Assembly: GCA_041288045.1 (NCBI GenBank) | Contig: JBGGMM010000108.1 | Location: 1 to 34,029 of the forward strand | Direction: 5' to 3' | Source: Pseudobdellovibrionaceae bacterium | GTDB lineage: Bacteria > Bdellovibrionota > Bdellovibrionia > Bdellovibrionales > Bdellovibrionaceae | DNA: 34,029 nt | Shown: in pieces, positions 9,110 to 16,115 of the stretch | Numbering within the stretch: the first letter of the stretch is position 1 | How the letters are laid out: each line of letters starts with the position of its first letter | Notes under the pieces: model-generated | The model's database searches: none | What the model saw: only the letters and a program-made list of their open reading frames with translations | What the model was told of the DNA's origin: nothing | Program-made: the position numbers and the translations under genes

Positions 9110-10401
9110 CGTTGATTCAGGATTTCTTGAGCTTTGCTGTAATTTTCGGGAGCGACGTAGAGGCGATCGATGATCCGGGCCGCTTCGTATTTTTGGAAGA
9201 TTTCGGTGGTTTGATCGATGGGACTGGGTTTGTCCCATTTGTCGTATTGGTCGATCACGTAAATCGGATAAGCCTTATCTTCGGGACTGGCGGCGTGATA
9301 TTTCGAAAGGCGAGCTTTCGAAGAAGCCCAAATGACGTCAATCCCTTGAGCGATCAAGCTGTCTCGCAACTTTTCTGGTCGGGTGTTTTCAGCTGTGGTG
9401 TGAAATTCAGCGAACATTTTGTAAGGCTTTTTGAGTGCCACTCGCTGAGCCCACTCATTCGGAGAGGCCGCCAAATGCTCATAAAGCCTGAAATCATTGT
9501 ACTTGGTGTACTCATCAATCGAAGCGGGGAGCTTGAAAGTGCAATCTGGAGATGTCAGATAGCGATTGAGCATCTCTTCATACACAATGCACTTGTGATG
9601 AAAATAAACCATCAAGTGAATGTGATGCCGAGAAATTAAAAAATCATCGAATGTGTAAAGAGCCCGGCGATTCAGACCAAGATAAAATTTTCCGTCCACT
9701 TGATACGGGATCAAATTGCTGATCATCCAATCACGGTCAAATTTTCCGTAATTGGTGCCCGTGTAATAAGAATCTCTCTCAAGATAATCCATGCGATCAC
9801 AATCCAGCTCACCACTGACAAGCTGTGAAAGCACAGGTCTGAAATCCAAACCCTTATCCAAGAAAAAATCATCTGGGCAGTTCAAGCTCTTATCAATCAG
9901 ACAAGCAATGTGCACAGGCTGAATATCTGAAAAGTTCTTCTTCAGAATTTCAGTCAACGGTGAATCGGTCAGGTATTTGATCGTGTAATCTTCGTGCGTA
10001 GCCCTAGCATTCGCCTTCGGCAGCGGAGTCCGATTTTTATAAACATCCACTTTCAAATCCGCTAGAGGCGGCATCACTTCTTCAGTGGTATGCGAAAGCG
10101 GGCCGTGACCCACGTCATGAAGCAAAGCTGCCAAGCGGAACACTTGGCGAAACCTTTGGCGGACAGAATGATTGGAAAAAGGAAAAACTTTGAAAAGATG
10201 ATCAAAAGTTTCCCCAGCCAAATGACAGACACCGAGCGAATGAATAAATCGGGTGTGTGTCGCTCCCGGAAAACTAATATCCGCAAATCCCAATTGTTTA
10301 ATCGCGCGAAGACGCTGAAATTCATTCGAATCCACCACCGCAGTTTCGCCGGTAGAGAGAGGAATGGTGCCATGAATGGGGTCGCGAATTTCGATTGCCA
10401 T
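9106..10401 (-). CDS. HD-domain phosphohydrolase (YwfO/SAMHD1-like dNTP triphosphohydrolase family)
   Basis: IRDPIHG, FQRLRAIKQLG, HTRFIHSLG, LLHDVGHGPLSH, DCDRMDYL.RD and VYFHH motifs. Confidence 0.92.
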   Translation of the reverse strand: MAIEIRDPIHGTIPLSTGETAVVDSNEFQRLRAIKQLGFADISFPGATHTRFIHSLGVCHLAGETFDHLFKVFPFSNHSVRQRFRQVFRLAALLHDVGHGPLSHTTEEVMPPLADLKVDVYKNRTPLPKANARATHEDYTIKYLTDSPLTEILKKNFSDIQPVHIACLIDKSLNCPDDFFLDKGLDFRPVLSQLVSGELDCDRMDYLERDSYYTGTNYGKFDRDWMISNLIPYQVDGKFYLGLNRRALYTFDDFLISRHHIHLMVYFHHKCIVYEEMLNRYLTSPDCTFKLPASIDEYTKYNDFRLYEHLAASPNEWAQRVALKKPYKMFAEFHTTAENTRPEKLRDSLIAQGIDVIWASSKARLSKYHAASPEDKAYPIYVIDQYDKWDKPSPIDQTTEIFQKYEAARIIDRLYVAPENYSKAQEILNQR

Positions 10402-10573
10402 AGGAGGCTCAGTTTTCAAGCCAATTGAATCCAGTTTCAATCTCTTTCAAGGGGTTACAGCTTCGCGTCAACCGTCTCGCTCAAGACACAGATTGTAATC
10501 GTTCAGCGGCAAAAGAAGAAATTTGAAGGCCCTTCCGGGTCAGAGTAAAATTCACTCATCACCAGGAGTTTTC

Positions 10574-11440
10574 ATGAATCTAGAGCCCTTCAATTCCACC
10601 AACTCTCATTTCCAACCCGCATCTTCTCAAGACTCAATCAATCCGATGGAAGTCTACCACCAGCTGATGCGAGATATTCTTGAAAAGGGAGCAAAGAAAG
10701 AAGATCGCACGGGAACGGGAACTTTGAGTCTTTTCGGCTATCAAATGCGCTTTGATCTGCAAAAAGGCTTTCCTTTGGTAACGACAAAAAAACTGCATTT
10801 ACGCTCCATCATTCATGAACTTTTGTGGTTTCTCAAAGGTGACACCAACATTCAGTACCTGAAAGAAAACAAAGTCGGCATTTGGGACGAGTGGGCTGAT
10901 GAAAAGGGTGATCTCGGTCCCGTTTACGGAAAACAGTGGAGAGCTTGGCAAACTCCTGATGGTCGCACCATCGATCAAATCAGCAATGTGATTGACCAGA
11001 TCAAAAAAAATCCAGATTCAAGACGGCTTCTCGTGGTGGCTTTCAACCCAGCCGATGTGGATCAAATGGCGCTTCCGCCTTGCCATGCATTTTTTCAGTT
11101 CTATGTGGCCAACGGCAAGCTCTCTTGCCAGCTCTACCAACGGAGCGCCGATGTATTTTTGGGAGTTCCCTTCAATATCGCCAGCTACGCGCTTCTCACA
11201 CACATGATTGCGCAAGAGTGCGGCCTGCAGGTCGGGGATTTCGTTCACACTTTGGGTGATGCCCATTTGTATTCGAATCACATCGAACAAGCCAAGCTGC
11301 AGCTCTAACGAGAGCACAAGCCTTTGCCACAGCTCAAACTCAATCCAAACGTGAAAAGTGTCTTCGATTTCAAATTCGAAGACATTGAAATTGTCGGTTA
11401 CGAAGCCCATCCAGCCATTAAGGCCGAAGTGGCGGTTTAA
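10574..11440 (+). pseudogene. thyA: Thymidylate synthase interrupted by an in-frame TAA at 11306-11308 (nonsense allele or sequence error)
   Basis: [51 protein letters not shown]. After the TAA the same frame continues [43 protein letters not shown] to 11440. Start 10574 has an AGGAG RBS; 10646 is the alternative. Confidence 0.9.
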
Positions 11441-11442
11441 AG

Positions 11443-11958
11443 ATGATTCTCTCTTCGATCGCCGCCATGGCAAAAAATCGAGTGATCGGTGTCGACAATG
11501 GTCTGCCTTGGGAAATTCCCGAAGACATGAAGTTCTTTCGCGACAAGACCAAAGGCCATGTGATGATCATGGGTCGAAAGACTTTTGAATCTTTTGGCGG
11601 AAAGCCTCTGCCCAATCGCTTTCATATCGTCATCACCAGGCAAGAAGACTATAGATATGAAGATCCCACCGTCGAAATCGTCCACGATCTGAAAACCGCC
11701 ATCGAACTGGCCCATATGCTCACCACTAAATATAAGACAAAGTTCGGTGATGAGGTGTTTGTGGTCGGGGGCGGGGAGATTTACAAGCAATCCATCGACA
11801 TCGTCGATCGCATTTATCTGACAGTGATTGAAAAAGACTTTCCCGGAGATGCGAAATTTCCAGAATTCAACGAGCAAGACTTTCGTCTGACACGCAACGA
11901 TCCCAGGTCCGAACCTCTGCCATATTCCTTCCGAACCTACGAGCGCTTAGAAAAGTAA
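11443..11958 (+). CDS. folA: Dihydrofolate reductase
   Basis: IAAMAKNRVIG, LPWEIPEDMKFF, IMGRKTFES, KPLPNR, VVGGGEIY and GDAKFP. Follows thyA by 2 nt. Confidence 0.97.
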   Translation: MILSSIAAMAKNRVIGVDNGLPWEIPEDMKFFRDKTKGHVMIMGRKTFESFGGKPLPNRFHIVITRQEDYRYEDPTVEIVHDLKTAIELAHMLTTKYKTKFGDEVFVVGGGEIYKQSIDIVDRIYLTVIEKDFPGDAKFPEFNEQDFRLTRNDPRSEPLPYSFRTYERLEK

Positions 11959-12008
11959 GTGCTGAACGAGCCCAAGGTCCAGATTTTCCAAAAATGAGAT
12001 CGTCTCAC

Positions 12009-12035
12009 TTTAGGAATCAGGGAACAGGCCGATCA
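12009..12035 (+). promoter_or_regulatory. Putative sigma28 (FliA) promoter of flagellin 1
   Basis: GCCGATCA at 12028-12035 matches the GCCGATAA -10 consensus. The -35 (TTTAGGAA at N11 spacing) is weak. Confidence 0.45.
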
Positions 12036-12079
12036 GGTAGGTAAGTAGAGTTGACCCATGGAACCAATTGGTTCCCCCA

Positions 12080-12096
12080 GCATCAAGGATTGATGC
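12080..12096 (+). promoter_or_regulatory. CsrA/RsmA-type site (GGA in hairpin loop) in flagellin 1 leader
   Basis: GCATCA-AGGAT-TGATGC stem-loop just upstream of the AGGAGG SD. Confidence 0.6.
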
Positions 12097-12120
12097 CGGT
12101 GATCTTTCAGGAGGATAACT

Positions 12121-12969
12121 ATGGGACTCAGGATTAATACGAATACGGCTTCGTTGAACTCGCAAAGGGTTCTATGGAATACGAAGCTCAACCTAGATAA
12201 GAGCTTGGAAAAGCTTTCATCTGGATACCGAATCAACCGTGCCGGTGACGATGCTGCGGGACTCGCGATCTCTGAGAATTTAAGAGCTCAGGTTCGAGGT
12301 CTCAAACAGGCTTCCCGAAACGCCAATGATGGTATCTCCCTCGTGCAAGTGGCGGAGGGTGCGATGAACGAAATGTCCTCAATCATGATACGATTGCGGG
12401 AACTAGCGGTTCAAGCAGCCTCAGACACGATCGGACCTGTTGAGAGACAGTTCTTGAACGTGGAATATGATCAGCTCGTTTCCGAGATTGATCGTATCGC
12501 TGATGCGACAGAGTTCAACGGAACTCAGTTGCTAGCCGGAGTGGGATCCATCATGGACTTCCAGGTTGGTATCCGCAACAACCCAGAGATCGACCGTATT
12601 TCGTTCGACTCGTCAAAAGCAGATGCGAACTCAGCTGCGCTTGGAGTGAATCTCACTTCGGTCGCTGACAAAGCTTCGGCTCAGAATGCACTGTCAGCGA
12701 TTGACACTGCAATCATGAGCATCTCTGCGATGCGAGCGGATTTCGGTGCTCTTCAAAACCGTCTGCAAACGACAGTTTCCAACATTCAAAATACTGTTGA
12801 GAATATGTCGGCTGCGAACTCTCGAATCCGAGATGTGGATGTGGCTGAAGAGACCTCTGAAATGACAAGAAATAATATTTTATTGCAAGCCGGTACCTCG
12901 GTACTCGCACAAGCGAACCAGTCAGCGAATGTGGCACTTGGACTCTTGAACAAGACATTCGGAGGCTAA
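12121..12969 (+). CDS. fliC: Flagellin (282 aa)
   Basis: MGLRINTN, LSSGYRINRAGDDAAGLAISE, QNRL, SRIRDVDVAEE and NILLQAGTSVLAQAN. Confidence 0.98.
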   Translation: MGLRINTNTASLNSQRVLWNTKLNLDKSLEKLSSGYRINRAGDDAAGLAISENLRAQVRGLKQASRNANDGISLVQVAEGAMNEMSSIMIRLRELAVQAASDTIGPVERQFLNVEYDQLVSEIDRIADATEFNGTQLLAGVGSIMDFQVGIRNNPEIDRISFDSSKADANSAALGVNLTSVADKASAQNALSAIDTAIMSISAMRADFGALQNRLQTTVSNIQNTVENMSAANSRIRDVDVAEETSEMTRNNILLQAGTSVLAQANQSANVALGLLNKTFGG

Positions 12970-13088
12970 CCGTTAGTTCCATGAATTAACGGCCTCCCGT
13001 AATGTCCTTGGCTTAGGTCTTTAACAACCCTAAACCCAAGTCGTTCAGCTTAAACACGCCTGATATTTGCTGAGTATAAGTTTTCTGT

Positions 13089-13139
13089 TTCCTGCGCCGA
13101 GGGGGATGCGCAAGCATCCCGCCTCACTTCAGACAGGAA
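13089..13139 (+). other. Stable stem-loop with GCAA (GNRA) tetraloop between the flagellins
   Basis: GAGG-GGGATGC-GCAA-GCATCCC-G-CCTC (13099-13125), enclosed by TTCCTG/CAGGAA. No U-tract follows. Confidence 0.5.
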
Positions 13140-13440
13140 TTGCAATGAACGAAGCAAGTTTAAGAACTTGCAGCTGCGAGCACAAGCTCTCAGTGATGTG
13201 ATTGAAAAAGAGAAAAGACCTTTGAATCTTGAAGAGCCATCTTCCGGATGAAGGACTTTGTCCTGAAAAAGAAAAAGAGGGAAGGCTGAGTAAAAGCCTG
13301 TGAGCGAAGACGAAAATTCTCTTCGCGATTTCGAATTTTTCGCAATGAAAAATTCAGGTGAACATCTGATGTTCACGAGTGACAAAAGCACAGAAGTGAA
13401 TCCCGAGAAGCCGCTGAATCCAAAGCTTCAAATCTAGACT

Positions 13441-13467
13441 CAAAGTGACCTGAGAAAATTCCGATCT
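13441..13467 (+). promoter_or_regulatory. Putative sigma28 (FliA) promoter of flagellin 2
   Basis: CAAAGTGA-N11-TCCGATCT matches the TAAAGTTT-N11-GCCGATAA spacing. Confidence 0.55.
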
Positions 13468-13528
13468 CATTGCTAGAGGTGTATTTGTACATCTCAAAAC
13501 AAACTAACAGTTGCATGATGCGACTTCA

Positions 13529-13560
13529 CGCCAAGGGATGGCGCGGATCAAGGAGGATTC
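13529..13560 (+). promoter_or_regulatory. CsrA/RsmA-type GGA hairpins in flagellin 2 leader
   Basis: CGCCA-AGGGA-TGGCG and GGATC-AAGGAG-GATTC stem-loops ahead of the AGGAGG SD. Confidence 0.6.
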
Positions 13561-13581
13561 AGGTATGCAAGGAGGATAGTT

Positions 13582-14415
13582 ATGGGATTACGTATTGCCA
13601 CAAACGTGGCAGCCCTCAACACCCAGAAAAATTTGATGGGCAACAAGCTGAATTTGGATCGCTCTCTGGAGCGGCTCAGTTCAGGCAACAGAATCAACAG
13701 AGCAGCAGACGATGCTGCGGGACTCGCGATCAGTGAGAACCTCAGAGCGATCATCCGCGGATATAGACAAGCGGATCGAAATGCGAATGACGGGATTTCA
13801 TTGGTGCAAGTGGCAGAAGGAAGCTTGACGGAAGTTTCAAACATGCTGATCCGTCTTCGCGAATTGGCAGTGCAAGCTTCTTCTGACACCATTGGCGACA
13901 CCGAACGAAAGTTCGTTGACGTCGAGTACCAGCAGCTCAAGTCCGAGATCCAGCGTATCACCGAGTCGACCAACTTTAATGGTTACGACTTGTTGAACGG
14001 AACGGGGGGAGTGATCGACATCCAAGTGGGTGTTCACAACAACCCTTTCCAGGACCGGATCTCATTCAATGCTTCGGCGGCGAATGCATCCTTGGAAGCT
14101 CTGGGATTGACTGTTGAATCAGTAGCAACAAAAGAATCAGCTCAAGGCAGTCTTGATGTTGTGGACAATGCGCTGACTTCTGTGAACGCCATCCGAGCGA
14201 ACTTTGGAGCACTCCAAAACCGTTTGGTCTCAACTTCACAGAACTTAAAAGTAGCTGACGAAAACATTTCAGCTGCGAACAGCCGAATCCGCGACGCCGA
14301 CATAGCGGCTGAGACGACGGAAATGACCAGAAATAACATCCTTCAACAGGCTGCAATTTCGGTCCTGACCCAGACTCAAAACAGCCAGCAACTGGCCCTG
14401 AAGCTGTTAGGATAA
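13582..14415 (+). CDS. fliC: Flagellin (277 aa), paralog
   Basis: MGLRIATN, RINRAADDAAGLAISE, QNRL, SRIRDADIA and ALKLLG. Confidence 0.98.
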   Translation: MGLRIATNVAALNTQKNLMGNKLNLDRSLERLSSGNRINRAADDAAGLAISENLRAIIRGYRQADRNANDGISLVQVAEGSLTEVSNMLIRLRELAVQASSDTIGDTERKFVDVEYQQLKSEIQRITESTNFNGYDLLNGTGGVIDIQVGVHNNPFQDRISFNASAANASLEALGLTVESVATKESAQGSLDVVDNALTSVNAIRANFGALQNRLVSTSQNLKVADENISAANSRIRDADIAAETTEMTRNNILQQAAISVLTQTQNSQQLALKLLG

Positions 14416-14421
14416 GAGGAG

Positions 14422-14502
14422 CTGAGGGTGCCTTTCTCTTTTTCCTTCACCCAGCGCAGCAAAGCTGCAGCGGGTAAAGGAAAAAGAGAAAGGCACCCTC
14501 AG
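14422..14502. repeat. Long imperfect palindrome (REP/REPIN-like element), copy 1
   Basis: Arms CTGAGGGTGCCTTTCTCTTTTTCCTT / AAGGAAAAAGAGAAAGGCACCCTCAG, with inner CACCC-AGC-GCAGC-AAA-GCTGC-AGC-GGGTA. Confidence 0.9.
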
Positions 14503-14521
14503 GCCCCCAGATTTTGAAAAT

Positions 14522-14558
14522 AAAAAAGGCCGGATTCTTGTGTGAGATCCCGGCCTTT
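14522..14558. terminator. Probable intrinsic (bidirectional) terminator between convergent genes
   Basis: AAAAAAGGCCGG...CCGGCCTTT stem. The A-tract gives a U-tail on the minus strand. Confidence 0.7.
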
Positions 14559-14583
14559 GTAGATTTTAAATTGAGATAATTGC

Positions 14584-14985
14584 TTAGAAGCGCATTTGCA
14601 GAGCCTTCATCAGGCCGGTGTTGGCAGAAGCATTTGGACCTGCTTGCAGGGTTCCCAGCTCGACCAAAGATTCATCACTGAAAACACAAAGATCAAATTT
14701 TTTATTTTCTAAATCCTCACCGCGGACAACAGATCCTTGGCTTTGACTGCATTGAAGACCGCTTTCAAATGCTTGGACAGCCAAAGTCTTCTGCGAAGAC
14801 GTGGTCACTAAAAGAAGCGAAATTGAATCCATCATAGCGCTCTCGTAGGTGCAGAATCCGAATTCATCATTCAATGCTCGAACTGCATGAAATTCACCAC
14901 CGGTGATACGGCAAGTGCGGATCTGAGGGTTGTTTGCAAAAGCGGAAAAGCCCAATAGAAAAGTTAAAAGACCAAGAAATTTCAT
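14584..14985 (-). CDS. Small secreted protein with two DUF333-like Cys repeats
   Basis: Signal peptide MKFLGLLTFLLGFSAFA, repeats C...GG....FGFC and C...QG....FDLCVFSD. Confidence 0.75.
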   Translation of the reverse strand: MKFLGLLTFLLGFSAFANNPQIRTCRITGGEFHAVRALNDEFGFCTYESAMMDSISLLLVTTSSQKTLAVQAFESGLQCSQSQGSVVRGEDLENKKFDLCVFSDESLVELGTLQAGPNASANTGLMKALQMRF

Positions 14986-15057
14986 AAGATACCCCCTAGA
15001 TGAAGGGGATTTAGGTCAAAAACAAAGGCTTGGCAAGAGAAGGTGTAAAAAGGAAAG

Positions 15058-15132
15058 AGGGTGCCTTTCTCTTTTTCCTTCACCCGCTGCGGCTTTGCCG
15101 CGCTGGGTGAAGGAAAAAGAGAAAGGCACCCT
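15058..15132. repeat. Long imperfect palindrome (REP/REPIN-like element), copy 2, inverted relative to copy 1
   Basis: AGGGTGCCTTTCTCTTTTTCCTTCACCC-GCT-GCGGC-TTT-GCCGC-GCT-GGGTGAAGGAAAAAGAGAAAGGCACCCT. Confidence 0.9.
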
Positions 15133-15138
15133 AAAGGC

Positions 15139-16065
15139 TTAGTAAGTTTCTGAGAAGTTAGAATCTGAATCGCTGACTGCCATGATGGATTGGCCAGAAG
15201 ATTTCAGAATCACAGAAGTCGCCTTTGCCGAAGTCTTCACAACTTCAACAGAGAAATTTCCTGAAGCTTTCAGACCTTTCCAAACGATTCCTGCGAAATC
15301 AACCAAAGCATCTTTAGAAGCAGAAACGATGGTGACAGACTGATCAGCAGAGAAATTCAGGATCTTGCCAGTGCTATCGACAACAAAGCTGACGAAACCC
15401 TTAGAAGCGTGGAAAACCTGACCAATCACTTCACCAGAAGATGTCAGAAGGTTTCCAGAAGCATCAATCACAGCATGACCGCTAGCTTTGCTGACGTCCC
15501 AAAGAGACTTCGCAGCTTTACCAGAAACTTGAACAGAACCAATCATGACAGTTTTAGAAGCATCCCAAACTTGAGCAGTCACTTCGCTTGTTGTTGTTGC
15601 AGAGTTTTTCACACCCTGAATAGAAACAGTCAGAAGAGACTTGCTTCCATTCAACATCGATTTAGCGCCATCCCAAGATGCATTGACCAACTGGCCAGTG
15701 CTCGTCACAACAAAGCGAGAACCTTTTGAAGTTGCATTGGAAGCAGCTTTTGAAGAGTTTCCTGCACTGTCAAAAACGATTGTTGCGGCATCACGGCTCA
15801 CGCCGACTCCGGCAACAACCAGGTTGCTACCTGTTTTTGCCAATTCAGAAACAGACTGGCTGACTTTTTCAACAGCTGCACCTGAAGCTTTGAAAGAAGT
15901 CACAGAAACTTGAGAAACTGCATTTGCAGAATTCATCGAAGTTGCTGACATGTCCTGAGACAGGTTGGCGGGAGTTCGCTGATAATCAGCTGTTTCCGGC
16001 GTGGGAGTTGAAGAGCAGGCAGCCATTGAAAGAGCGGCCGCAGCCAATAGTACATTTTTCATCAT
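15139..16065 (-). CDS. Ser/Ala/Val-rich lipoprotein with 11/18-residue helical repeats
   Basis: AGGAGG RBS, lipobox MAAC, recurrent (V/L/S)(W/F/I/V)D(A/S)S(K/G)-like units. Confidence 0.85.
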   Translation of the reverse strand: MMKNVLLAAAALSMAACSSTPTPETADYQRTPANLSQDMSATSMNSANAVSQVSVTSFKASGAAVEKVSQSVSELAKTGSNLVVAGVGVSRDAATIVFDSAGNSSKAASNATSKGSRFVVTSTGQLVNASWDGAKSMLNGSKSLLTVSIQGVKNSATTTSEVTAQVWDASKTVMIGSVQVSGKAAKSLWDVSKASGHAVIDASGNLLTSSGEVIGQVFHASKGFVSFVVDSTGKILNFSADQSVTIVSASKDALVDFAGIVWKGLKASGNFSVEVVKTSAKATSVILKSSGQSIMAVSDSDSNFSETY

Positions 16066-16115
16066 TTGATCCTCCTAAAAGATTGTGATGATTGATTGAT
16101 AACTTTCGTTCTCGT

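Noticed and set aside
8944..9639. 231-aa plus-strand ORF and other long antisense ORFs
   Set aside because: Shadow frames of well-supported genes on the opposite strand, with no motifs of their own.
11306..11308. Selenocysteine/pyrrolysine insertion or alternative genetic code at the thyA stop
   Set aside because: Sec uses TGA and Pyl uses TAG. TAA terminates many conserved genes in this window at their expected ends (thiolase, folA, flagellins, porins).
11358..11588. 76-aa ORF bridging thyA and folA as a frameshifted thyA tail
   Set aside because: The true ThyA tail is in the same frame as the main ORF, so the lesion is a stop codon and not a frameshift.
13050..13391. 113-aa minus-strand ORF between the flagellins
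   Set aside because: No RBS or recognisable motif, and it overlaps hairpin sequence. Cannot be supported as a gene.
14422..15132. Repeat pair as a CRISPR array
   Set aside because: Only two copies, ~75-80 bp long, inverted and ~550 bp apart, with no spacers or cas genes.
14930..15142. 70-aa plus-strand ORF (…GCLSLFPSPAAALPRWVKEKEKGTL…)
   Set aside because: It is a translation of the palindromic repeat and lies antisense to real genes.
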